DNA from: Blasia pusilla
Taxonomy: Eukaryota
Assembly: GCA_050084515.1 (NCBI GenBank)
Contig: CM114271.1
Span: 38,378,001 to 38,442,000, forward strand
Length of the DNA: 64,000 nucleotides
Reading direction: 5' to 3'
Below the pieces are notes generated by a model. The model had not been told where the DNA came from. It saw only the letters and a program-made list of their open reading frames with translations, and did no database searches. Positions 40,200 to 53,156 of this stretch are shown one piece after another; position 1 is the stretch's first letter, and each line of letters starts with the position of its first letter. A program made the translations under genes and the position numbers.

Positions 40200-43100
40200 T
40201 AAGTTGATCTCTATTCTTTACACGCAATAGCATTACATAGACCATCCCATATGCAAATACAAATTTGATTACTAGGAAATATCTCTATATCACTATTGAA
40301 GCCTTGGCTTTTATGAGGAGTCATTGCACAACCTAGAGAAAGTGGAATTGCCTTCTTGTAGAATTTTATGTCAGAAGAATACTTGAGAATAGCAAGATTC
40401 GTTCGAGTAATTAGAATTAGTTGACATGAGGATAAGATTCTTACTGAAATGGAATAAATGTAGATATCTCTTATATGAGATCCATTTACAGTACCTCTAG
40501 AGCCGTTTGCAGCATGACTCTTTAAGTCAATGTTAGAGGTCAACCTTACTTGGCATCCAATTGCAATGTAAGGTAATTCATGGAAATTATTATCTTCTAG
40601 CCAAGACTTGAATTATGGTGTTGATGGAGTGGCATTGGAGAATCTATTAATATATTTATGTCTATTATAGAAGCATCCCCAAATAATCTTCTAAGATATA
40701 TAATTTTAAATAAATAAACATCTGATTTGTGGGAGCGTTGTCGTGAAGTAAAATGGTTAACTATGTATATTTCACTATTATTAGTATTAGAGAGAATTTT
40801 ATAATTATTAAGTAAATAAGCTTAGGAAAATAAAATCTCATGTTTAAACCTCTTAATGATGTCTTATTTGTACGGGCCTAGAGATAATAAATAAGATATT
40901 TAAAATATAAAAGTAAAATAGTAGATTGGTGTATTAATGAAAATAAAACTAAAGTAGTCTTGGTTTGTGAAGAAGTTAAAACAAGTATAGTTTGAGTAGT
41001 TAGGAGGATATGAAGTGGGTTTATGAGGATATTTTAGGAGAAGATAAAAAAAATCTACGTGTGTCAAAATGGGATTGGCTAAGCCATACGGCACAAGACA
41101 AGATTAACTTTATTTTGTACTTTTGTGGATCTTTTGTGAGGATATAAGGAGGAGAGACTTGGAAGGGTTCGTCACCTTGAACTTCATTTCTTGAGTTTCT
41201 CTTGCGACTCTTGAGTGGATGGCATTGGGCTTGCTTGCTTTTCCAATGAGAGTGGATTACCCGTCTTTGGAGAGTGACTTGGCCATCGAATATTCTTCAA
41301 GAGTTTTAAGAGTTTGACTTATGTGGAGATGATTATTTGGAGAGATTTGTTATCTTGGAAGATTTTCCTAAATCATTATATGAATAGCAGATGGATTTGG
41401 ACTTGTTACTTCTTCAATGAGAGTGGATTACCCCTCTTGGAAGAGCAACTCCACCATAACCAATTCTTGAGGACTTAGAGATTATCGAATGTAGGCTAAA
41501 TTGGGAAAGTTTATCTTCCATGAAATGCAGGGAATATATGTAACAATTTATCCGTCATCTAAATTTGTGTAGGAGAAGAGAAGAATAGATGATGTCTATC
41601 AATCATGGATACCGATAGAGCACGTCTCGTATCCGATTTCCCTTTTCTTAACCCATACTACGTAAAGATCCTCTTTGTAGATAGGCATTGGTTTACTCGT
41701 TATCTAGTCTATCACTTTGGAGAGGCATTCATGAACAACATTATACAATCACCAACTCTGATGATATATACTTCCTATTGTCATGTTCGGAAGGACTTAA
41801 GATTGTTCTTTGTATGTCCTTATTTAGTGATCTGTGGACTTAAATAGGCCTGCTCAAGTATGGTTCAATACTAGTTGTGTCATTCTTCTCGTGTACAAAC
41901 GTACACGAGAAAAATTACAAAGACTTCATGGTTAGGAATTTTGAGATTAGATGTTATGAAGAAGTGATCGCCTCGACACTATCATTCGTGTTTTCTGTCG
42001 TGAGAGAATGGAGACTATATGTACTAATTATGTATTGAATAAGATAAATTATTAGAGAATTCACCTTGCATAAATAACTATCGTATCTAGAAGACCCGAC
42101 CTTACTCAAAGAAAAGTTCTCAACACAACAACGTATTATTATAGTATCTTCATTTATGAAATCTATGGCTTTATCCTCAATCACCAAAAACTCATGGAGA
42201 CAAGATCTGATTGAAGTTTTAGTTGGCAACGTTGAACTTATAGAGTTAACAAAGTGCAAAAATTGAACGTGTGATAAGTATCTCATTGGAGTCCATAATT
42301 CATAAGTTGTAGCACAATTTAGAAGTGGAAAGGATGAAATGTAGCAAGTATGAATAAATTGGGAAGATTTATGATTGCTCACAGAAGGTAGCTGATATAT
42401 GTCACTAAATAATTTTAGTAATTTGCTCAAGAATATGATGGCTCCATAAAAAATTGAAGATAGAGTAAGTCACATTGCCATAATTTGTAGTAAGCGTGGA
42501 GTTAGCATTGGAATTCATCTACAATTGGAATTCATCTACAATAATAACTGAGGATGTACGTAAAATTATGATAATTCTCTGATGCTATATGTAATTGTGG
42601 AATCTCACCGTGTATCAAGATAGAAAAAGCTAAGTGTATAATAACATTATCGGGATGCAACCTTGTTATTGCAAAACATGTAGTAGTTGTCAACAAGAAT
42701 GGCATATTCTTGGACTTCTAATAATCACACATAAAATTAATAAAGAATGTTTTTCTATAGCTAGAAGCACATATTAGTAAAACTAGATAAAATGATACAG
42801 TCTTCAATTTCTCACGTAAGGACAATTGATCAGTTTTTAGAATTGATGGATCGGCATAATTGTCAATTTCCAAAGCTCTAGAATTGAAAGTATCTGATGA
42901 AATCGCTAAAATATTGTGAAGATTCTTTTCCAAGTAAGCTGCTAGTATGTCACCTACTTTTGCAATAATCTCTACAGTGTGCACTCTATTCCACACATTC
43001 TTCTTAGAATAAACAGTTAGAAGTCTATTAATTTCATTGATATTTATAATTATAGATTGGTGTAGGCATTTATGAAGATTCAAAGATTCATGACAATGAG

Positions 43101-44720
43101 AATATAAGGTTGTAGGGTGAATGCATGGTACTGACATATTTTTGCAAAAGTAAGTTTGTCTTGAGGGTTGATTGGAGTCAATATATTTGACTGATTGAGA
43201 ACAAAAAATATTGAAATTTTTATGGAGCTAAGTGCAACTTGAGTAGTAGAAATAGAGGAGTTAAGAACCATACTAGATATCAGTTTGAGTCTCACTTTAT
43301 CTAATCCTTCCAGTCCCAAACAACAATCCGACTCAGTATCAATATCAAGCGATCCAATTGGCTCTTATTTTTTTAGCATACTTAAGGAGGTAGAAGGCCC
43401 AATAAGTGTTAGTAACTCATTGAATGTTCATGTGGGCTTGATTGAAGTAAAATTGGTCTGCTCTAGAATGTAGGAACAAATTTCACTGGTTATATGATCT
43501 ACATCACTAGCCTCTACCCATAGGATCATGTGGCAATGCAAGCTACCTCTTCCTTGTAACTCAAACCTTAGTACATAGTCCACAACATTTTCAAATATGC
43601 AAGGACCATAAAATATAAATTATGACAACAATGTATGCAACCTTGTATGGAAGAGTTGAGCATATTATGCAGATGCGTTTCTCCAAGTGAATTTACTCAA
43701 TAGTCTTTCTATATCATCTATTTCATCCCATCTTGTATCTGAAACTTCATCACATATAAGTATGAAAAAGAATTGAGGCATATCCCAACTATGCACCCTT
43801 GATTTTAAGTCTTTCACATGATGCTTATGTCATGAGGGACTACTTGGCATTTAAGGACTCAAAGAATGCTAAGACAAGTGGTAGAATAGGTCCTCCTCAA
43901 TTAGGTTAGGTTTCTCCTTCTATAGGGTATCAAGGTCCCTAAGGATATACTGATATAAATTCACATAATTGATGCATAACCAAAGAATATGGTTTATACA
44001 AGGAAAAATCACTAAATAGTTGTTTTGATCGAGTCTTCATATAGTCTAAGAATGAGTTTGAATGGGAAAAGAACCCACAAAGGTAGGGAAATAGAAATGG
44101 GAAAATAAATGTTTCAATCGTTAAAGGACTATCCAAAGAGTTTCCTAATTAATCAGTCAAAAGACTTTCTGTACAGTTGGCTTCTTGCCTTTTAGAAATT
44201 GATCTATTATAAAAATTGTATATGAGGATTTCCTTCTAAGTGTAGGAAAATTAGATATAACATCTTCTAGGATGTGCAACTGTGATTGATAAGGATCATG
44301 TGCCATGCTGTGAGTCACTTGGCTTGTGTCTTAGGATGACCAAGGAATACTTTGTACAACACTACTTGACAATACTACTAGATCTGCAAAAGGATTAGGC
44401 AATTCTAATAGGGTCATGTAGTCTCTGTATAACTCATTCACATTGAAGTTAACCTCTATCATCTCTTTAATACTAGCAATGATGTTGTTCTCATTTTCAG
44501 AAATCTCAATAGCCAAGTTCCTTCCAACTAGTGGGCGGTCCAGCAGAGAGGTTGCATGAAAAAAATGTTTATAAAATTTGTTGAACTTATTCTAGATTCC
44601 ATTACGTGAATAAAAAATTGATAATAACTAGAGATGGATAGGGTTTGCTCTTAAGATATCTCTCATATTTGAATGCATATTTGGTCTATAGTGCTGCAGA
44701 GATAAGAAATGAAGAATGTA
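40200..44720 (-). mobile_element. Helentron/Helitron2-type (HLE2) Rep-helicase pseudogene, split by a ~1.1 kb insertion (~40790-41935)
   Basis: In order on the minus strand: ETFIFPFLFPY..LDYMKTR; Rep motif 1 MPQFFFILICDE (~43750-43785); motif 2 YVLRFELQGRGSLHCHMILW (43518-43577); motif 3 AHMNIQ*V..WAFYLLKYAK; helicase VDEF, DIYQLPSV, TSNIDL...ANGSRGTV, IPLSLGCAMTPHKSQG, FAYGMVYVMLLRV. Confidence 0.85.
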
Positions 44721-45488
44721 CTAGGGCTCTATATAATAAAGGGTACAAGAAATCCATTACACAAAGCAGATGGTGGATATTGGGTACTTGTGGTAATACA
44801 CATGTGTGTATGTGGGTTAGAATAGAGTACATTATCGCAACATCCACAACACTGCAAATGATTTATAAATTATGAGCACAGGTTTTGCCAACGTGCTATC
44901 ATAGTGTGGACAATAGGTGAGTCGTATCATGTGGACCTACAAGCATTTTGTGTTTTGTATACTCCCTTTCCCTTGCTACTTTTTGGCCTACGGCAAGGCG
45001 TGCTATTCTTATGGTAACTGGTGTATTGGAAATTCTACTTTTTCCACTGATATAGCTATTACAATGGTTAGTGCTCTTGTTAGTTGGAGTCATTGTAAAG
45101 AAGTTTGCTAAGCTAGCTCACATTGTTCTCTTAATATTCTACTCCTCTATCTACTATTATGAAGAAACGTACGTAGGTAGAAATTACACAATAATTGCCA
45201 TAGAGAATTTAGTGGAATAAGAGGGAAGTAACAAAAATTGGTATGGACATGTAGATATCATAAATTTTTCCATACTTGTACTCCACTATTGGTGACCTAT
45301 AGCAAATCCAAACATAGATCAACAAATTTACATGTAATAACCTTCACTAAATTAGCATAGTGAATGACATGTATACAATAAGTGAAGATATTAGGAGAAG
45401 ATAGAAGGTACAGTGCCCTAACTAACTACACAAAGTTTTCTCACTATTGGAAACTGCTAATCAAAACCATAATGAGTAGTTATTTATA

Positions 45489-46391
45489 CTAGTTAGCATA
45501 CCCGTGCTTGCGCACGAAAATAATTTCTTAATAACTCAGATTTTTTTCAAATTTCAATTTTAATTTTCAATTCTTTAGCCGATTACTAGATTATTAGTGA
45601 ATTATAATTAATAAATTAATTTTTAATCATAAAAAATTGAATATATTCTTATTTTCTCAAATCTTAGAAGAGTAATAAAATTCCAATATTTTAAATAATA
45701 CATTCTTCAGTTAAAATTTAAATGATCTCACAATCCCCTGAATATTTAAATCCTTCAATAAAATTTAAAAAATATCTAGTCCTTTTCCATTAAAATTAAT
45801 TTTCCCTTCCCATCAAATATAAATTATTTTTCCTTTTTTTTTCTAATTATCTCACTCTTTCATCGTATAATACACATAGGATCATCCATTATAATATAAA
45901 TTAATTAAATTATTGATAATGAATTAGTAAAAGTATTTTCCTATTCCACTCAAATTCATTCATTTTATCCATCTAATGTGACGTAAGGAACAAAATTCAA
46001 ACATGTTGCTCTTTTGTTTCATTGTCCCACTATTTTGTCCTATTGTTGATATAGGGTTGTCCAATACTATATAGTTATATTTTATTCATTTGCAACAATC
46101 TATAAATACAACATCAACTCCTAAATACAAAGTAAACCTAAAGAAATATTAACTGCAAGCTATTAATTTGGAACTCTCACTACAAGCCAAACAATCATTT
46201 AATTTACTGTTGTGTGGAGATCCCATATCTAAAAAGTAATGAATTGGACAAGAAATATCAAGATAATTGTGTGGTCTCACCTCACTATGAAGATTGAAGA
46301 TTGCTTGAGTGAGTAACAAATCTACACCAACTACTTGAGATATTTGCACATGGAACACAAAAGTATGAATGATTGGTATATATTAGGTAGA
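45489..46391 (-). mobile_element. Non-autonomous canonical Helitron (3' end firm, 5' end tentative)
   Basis: Minus-strand cgtgc-gcaa-gcacg hairpin followed by CTAG|T at 45489-45492. Candidate 5' end A|TCTACCTAATATATA at 46391. AT-rich non-coding body. Confidence 0.6.
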
Positions 46392-46639
46392 TATAAACCA
46401 AAAGGAAAGTGTATTATAAGGTGATAAGGAGAGGCCAAATGTTCCTAGAGGATGGTGTACACAGATTTTTATGGGTTATTACCATGGCAATGTCAAACAA
46501 CAAGTATAATATATAGTGCTAGATGATATAAGAATACTTTGAATTAGAACTCACACATCTTAGCAATGGCGCAATTGACCTTTGAAGTTGATTGTAAGTA
46601 CCGGGATGGTAGAGAGATAACTTCAAGTAGAAGCTCAAT

Positions 46640-47240
46640 CCTAAGTATTACCAGTCATTTAGATTTCAATAAAGATGAAGTATAGTCTATCAACAATTGT
46701 TACTCTAGTGCAAGGCCAACTCTACCAATTCCGTTTAGACAAAAGTTCAATCACATACATATCTTAGCACTAAAATAATCTAAAATGTCATTGATCACTT
46801 ACGAGAAATATGCAGGCAAGATGCTAAGTATTACCAATCATATAGATTATGGTAAAAATGAAGTATAATCTATCAACAAGTGTCACTGTAGTGCAAGACC
46901 AAATCTACCACTTCTGTTTTAGAAAAAAGTTAAACTGCAAATGAGAGACAAACTCATAGTTTTTGTTCATTGGAAGATGTACTAAAATTAATCACTAACT
47001 GTATCTAGAGATAGCAATAAGCAATTGAGCTTAATCGTAACACCAAGGATGGTGTACACAAGAGCTCATCCAAGAACTAAATCACGTACATTGTAGGAAT
47101 TTTGAATCATCTTGGTAGGATCCTAAATATTAGTGTTCACACACATTGTAGAGAAAAATATAATACAACCTATCAAAAACTCTCTTACTATCATGTAGGC
47201 TAACTCTACTGATCAACCACGATTTCAATAAAGTATTCAA
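46640..47240. repeat. Degenerate ~184 bp-spaced direct repeats (two clear copies, one weaker)
   Basis: ctaagtattacca(g/a)tcat..tgaagtata(g/a)tctatcaacaa..tagtgcaag..tctacca at ~46641 and ~46825; weaker copy near 47123. Confidence 0.7.
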
Positions 47241-47773
47241 CTATATTTATGTAAGAGAAAAGAAACACTAGTAGAAAAAGGGTCATTTTAAACCCATAGC
47301 ATCCTGACTCGTATTACTTAGAGTTATTTTAATTACTCTTACTTACTCCGAAACCGGCATTGTGACTTGAGAATTATTCACATGGTAGGGGAGTCACAAT
47401 TTGATACTTATTTAACAACATGAAAACATCTAGGAAGCCACTTTAACTTGTATATCAATGTTTAAAACCCAGCCATGTAATCAACAAAATGAACATTTTA
47501 TTTCTCCTCTCTATCATCCAAAGAATGATTTGGATCATCTAACCTACAACTTCAGTATTATGAAGAAAATGACTAAAATTGTTAAAAGATAGAGAAAAAA
47601 GTCATAGATAGGAAGGTAAGGGAAATAGGATTTAGGCCCTAAATCCTCTTCAGGTTCAAAAACCCTAACATCAAGAGTTTGTGTCTGCATTTTCCCCCTC
47701 CCCCGCGCCCCAACTCTCTATCCCTCTTCCAACTTGTGTGTCGAGCTTCCCGACACGGGTCTGTGGGGTAAGC

Positions 47774-47971
<198 letters not shown>

Positions 47972-48176
47972 GTTTTGGCTGACGAAGTGTAGAATAGTCG
48001 ACCACTAATAAAACTGCTATCTTGTGCGGGAATTCTCTACATCCGCAACTTAAGTTGTGCTCCTCTGATTCGGAATGCGTTGCAAGTTCTTGCTGCTCGG
48101 ATTGCCTGGACACGCAAGAGAATTTTTTCCGAGTGCATGTGAATACACCAAGTAGCAGAGTGCGGGTGCAGTCTAA

Positions 48177-51100
48177 TATTGGATTCTCAACATGCACTCC
48201 TCTGAGCACCATTGATTTGATCGGCCCCCTTGTATGAGGAGAAGCCTAGATCGATGGTTCCGACTTAGACGTCGAAGGAGTCATAGTAATATGACGTAGG
48301 TGGTTTACGAAGTAGCGTTACTAGGTTTATCTAACCCTATATTGCATCAGGGTGCGGGGCACCCTGAGGCAATATAGGGCAAATTTTTTCTATTAATACA
48401 AACGAAGAAAAATAGGTAAAAACCCTAGTTTTCCCGAGTAGTCAAATAGTCGGGAGCCGCAGCGGTAGCGCATTCTCGTATGTCGAGTTATCTCCCAGTT
48501 CAGGTTCCATCGAAGCTCTTCTGTGAGCGCACGGACGGACTAGGCCACTTTGTATCTCTAAGTTTTGTAAAGATTTCAGTGATTTCGTCACTTTCTGTTT
48601 TCTCACATGGTATCAGAGCAGTAGGTTTTCCAGTATTTTGTATCTGGCGATCTAGTGTGTTTGCACAAAATCTTGAGAGATGGCTACATCTTCGTCAGTT
48701 CGTGGTCGCCCTCCTCCGGTGGGTGAAGGGAAGTTAGATGGGTCTAACTATACGTTGTGGAAGTTCAAAATGAGAACTGTTCTCGAATCATTTGAGATCC
48801 GGGAAACGGCCATAGGGGTCGATTCAAATCCACAAGCTAGTGTGAGTTCTGCATGTTCATCTTCATGTGGGGACATCGATCCTGTTGTATTATTGGCATG
48901 GAGACGCAGAAATGCTGATGCTCTATATGCGATTGTCACGAATGTAACTGATTATGTCATGACTCTCATTCAACATACAACCACTGCTGCTGAGGCGTGG
49001 AACATTTTGAAGAATCAGTATGAAACAAGGAATGAGACTCGGATTCAGAATCTGGAGAATCAGCTTACGTCCGAGAAATTTTTAGAAGGAGAAAGCGCGG
49101 AGCAATTTTTGACAAGGATCAAGAATCTTCAAGATCAGATGGCGTCCGTGGGAATTTCAAAGTCTAGCGAAGATTTGGCACGTCGGTGCATAAGGATTTT
49201 GCCTCCAAGGTATGAGTTTGGTCATCAGATCTGAATACTCAAGTAAGACCCACGCCGCTTACTTTTGAACAATTTAGTGCAATGTTGGTAGAAGAGGAAA
49301 TGCGCTTCAAAGCGAGAGAGGAAAGTGACGTAGCATTTACTGCCAACGTACAGAGAGGTAGAAATCACGATTACAGTTCAAATGTCAAGAAGAAATTTCC
49401 AAGAAAAACCTTCAAATGCTTTTATTGTGGTAAGCTTGGTCATCTTATCAAAGATTGTATGAAGAGGAGTCAGGATGAGAAGAACGGTTGTTTAAGACCT
49501 AAGAAGGAGTCTGGAAATTCTGTAGAACTGGGAGAACATGGAGTAGATTCTTGGGTAGCAATAGAAGAGTTTTGCACACAGGCAGAACATTCCACTAAGA
49601 CAAAGAGTGAAGATGCATGGGTGCTCAATAGTGGAGCATCTAGGCATATGACCAATCATAAGGATTGGTATAGCTCCTTACAGCCTCTACATGAGCCCAT
49701 CGTTGTTATTGTTGGGAATAATGCAAAGTGTCATGTAGAAGGGAAAGGCACAATTTCTTTAGTCTCACAAAAAGGAGATGAAAAGAAGTTAACTGATGTA
49801 ATGTACGTACCAGAGTTGAAGCGAAATTTGATTTCAAAGTGGCGATTATGTGATCGTGACCTAGAAGTTCGTTTCAAGAAAATCGAGTAGTCATTGAGGA
49901 TGCCAATGGGAAAGTAGTGGGTGAAGGTATACGACGTGGAAATATCTACGAGTTGTATGCTTTCACGACAAGTGTAGGTACAGATCTTAGTAGCAGTAAG
50001 TTGTGGCATGAAAAATTTGGTCACCTAAGCTTTCCCTTACTAAGTCAGATGCAGAAATCTGGCATGGTTGCTGATTTACCAACAATTTCTGGAGTGTCGG
50101 ATACTTGTGAAGCTTGTATGATGGGCAAGCAACACCGACAACCATTTCCACAAGAGTCCAGCAATAGGGCAAAGGCTCCTCTAGAGTTGATACATGCTGA
50201 CCTCTGTGGTAAAATGAGAACAGTGGCATTAGGTGGTTCTTCCTACTTCTTTTCAGTTGTCGACGATTATAGTAGGAAGATGTTGGTGTATTTCCTTCGT
50301 GATAAGGCAAGTGCTTTTGGAAAATTTAAAGTATGGCACAAGCTGGTTGAGAATGAGACGAGAAAGAAGGTACAAAAGCTTCGCACCGATCGAGGAGGAG
50401 AATTCTTATCAACAGAATTCAACAAATATTTGGGAGAGCATGGAATCAAGCAACAGTTAACCACGGCACATACACCATAACAAAATGGAGTTGTTGAGCG
50501 TTGAAACCGTCATGATGGTGGAGATGGCAAGATGTATGATGAAAGCAAAGGTTTGTGAAGGATTTTGGGTCAAGTCATTATCTTGCCGTATACATTCTAA
50601 ATAGAAGTGCTACCAAGTCAATTGCAAGGCATGACTCCTCATCAATCATACTCAGGTAAGGTACCATCAGTCCAACATTTCAGGACTTTTGGTAGTGAGT
50701 GTTTTGTACATATTCCTGAAGCATCGAGGACCAAGTTGGAGTCCAAGAGCAAGAAGTGCATCTTTATGGGATATAGTGATGAGTCTAAAGCTTATCGCCT
50801 TTGGTGTCCTGAGAAAAAGAAGATGCTTGTGAGTCGTGACGTGGTGTTCCAGGAACAGCCTCGTCAAGTGGCGGATATCAGTGGTCCGTCCACATTATCA
50901 TCAAACGAAGAGATAACCCACCAGAGCACACCACAGATGTTTACACGAGATCATGAAGAAGAAGATTTTGGTGATGATTACAAAGAGCAACCTGCTCTTC
51001 CACTACGGTCGTCATACCCTAAGTGGATAAAGCTGCTCTTGGATGGTAAGGATCCACCAAAGAATCGATGAAGTTGTTACACATCCAAGGAGATCCAAGA

Positions 51101-53156
51101 GACTAGAGGAGCGAGAATAGAGCTTCCGCACATCTCGTCAACATGGCACGATGATGAGAGGTCTTGAAGATGGAAGAGCCATCATGCTTGGATGAGGCCC
51201 TGGCTCATCCTCAATGGAGAGAGGCCATGCAGACGGAGATGGACGCTATTCAGAGAAATGAAACTTGGACTTTGGTTGGAAAGCCAGAGGACAGGAAGAT
51301 AATACGCACCAAGTGGGTGTACAAGACCAAGTACAAGTCGGACGGTACATTGGATAAATTCAAAGCAAAGTTGGTCGCACAAGGATGCTCACAAATCGAA
51401 GGCTTTGACTACTATGCGACTTTTGCTCCCACTGCAAGGATGACAACCATTTGAATTGTTCTAGCGGTTGCAGGAACAAGACGTTGGCATGTATACCAAT
51501 ACGATATGAAGTCTGCTTTTCTGAATGGGAGTCTCAAGGAGGAGGTATATGTTTCTCAACCACCAGGTTTTGAGACACCCGGATTAGAAGAGAAAGTTTG
51601 TTTACTTCATCGAGCATTGTATGGGTTGAAGCAAGCCCCAAGGGTATGGTATCAACGAATAGATACATTCTTTCGAGAGAAGGGTCTCATGAAGAGTCCT
51701 TGAAGCTTAATTTGTATGTGTTTTTGAAGATGGGATGTATATGTTGATAGTCTTGTATGTGGATGATCGATCATCACAAGAGACCCTGAGAAGAAAATAG
51801 AGGAAATGAAGGGAGTGTTGGAATCTGAGTTTGAAATGTCAGATTTAGGTCTTCTGCACTACTTTATAGGACTGGAAATTTGGCAACAGTCAGATTCTAT
51901 TTTTCTCTCTCAACAGAAGTATGCTAGAGAAATCTTGAAGGCATTCGGGATGACCGAGTGTAAGGCAGTGGTCTTGCCAATGGAGGTAGAGTTGAAACTC
52001 TTGATGGAGGATGTTTCACCATTGGTAGATGAAAAGATGTACAGAAAGCTTGTAGGCAGTTTGATATTTTTATGTAACAGTAGACCAAACATTAGCTTCG
52101 CTGTGGGAGTATTGAGTAGGTTCTCAACTAAGCCTCGTGAGAACCATTGGAAGGCAGGGATGTGTGTGTTGAAGTACATCAAAGGCACTATCGAGTACGA
52201 CATCACCTATGGAGCAGGGACGGAAATGACAGGTTTTTGTGACTCAGATTGGGCAGGAGATTTAGATTCTCGAAGATCAGTTTCGGGTTATTGCTTCTTG
52301 GTAGGATCAGGTGTGGTGTCATGGGTCAGCAAGAAGCAACCTACAGTGGCTCTTTCTTCTACCGAGGCAGAGTACAAGGCGGCTTGTTATGCTTCTTGTG
52401 AAGCAGTATGGTTGAGATGGATACTAGAGGACATAGGAGAAGCACCAGAAAGTGCTACTGTTATGTGGTGTGACAATCAGAGTTGCATTGCCATAGCAGA
52501 TAATCCTGTGTTTCATGCTCGTACGAAGGACATAGAGATCCAGTACCATTTTGTTCGTGAATTGATCGAGAGAGAGGTTTTGAAGTTAGTCTATTGTCCA
52601 ACAGAGGATAACCGTGCAGACATCTTCACGAAAGCCTTGAGCGGAGATCAGCTTTACCGACATCTGAAGGGTCTTGGCATAGGTCCAAGACAGTAGTCCA
52701 CATGAGAATGGATATTGAGGGGGGGTATTGGATTCTCAACATCCACTCCTCTGAGCACCATTGATTTGATCGGCCCCCTTGTATGAGGAGAAGCCTAGAT
52801 CGATGGTTCCGACTTAGACGTCGAAGGAGTCATAGTAATATAACGTAGGTGGTTTACAAAGTAGCGTTACTAGGTTTATCTAATCCTATATTGCATCAGG
52901 GTGCGGGGCACCCTGAGGCAATATAGGGCAAATTTTTTCTATTAATACAAACGAAGAAAAATAGGTAAAAACCCTAGTTTTCCCGAGTAGTCAAATAGTC
53001 GGGAGCCGCAGTGGTAGCGCATTCTCATATGTCGAGTTATCTCCCAGTTCAGGTTCCATCGAAGCTCTTCTGTGAGTGCACGGACGGACTAGGCCACTTT
53101 GTATCTCTAAGTTTTATAAAGATTTCAGTGATTTCGTCACTTTCTGTTTTCTCACA
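48177..53156 (+). mobile_element. Full-length Ty1/copia LTR retrotransposon, disabled gag-pol, non-canonical TA...CA LTRs
   Basis: 431-bp LTRs 48177-48607 and 52726-53156 differing at 8 sites; TSD tctaa (48172-48176, 53157-53161); PBS tggtatcagagc at 48608 (tRNA-iMet type); G-rich PPT ending 52725. Confidence 0.97.
48680..52696 (+). pseudogene. Copia gag-pol polyprotein with frameshifts and stops
   Basis: Domain order gag (LDGSNYTLWK; CFYCGKLGHLIKDC), protease (WVLNSGASRHM), GAG-pre-integrase (LWHEKFGH), integrase (LIHADLCG, LRTDRGGEF), RT (KWVYKTK, LYGLKQAPR), RNaseH (DSDWAGD, SSTEAEY, ADIFTKAL). Confidence 0.95.

Noticed and set aside
42507-42540. 17-bp tandem duplication attggaattcatctaca
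   Set aside because: Ordinary slippage mutation that frameshifts the dead HLE2 helicase at Walker B.
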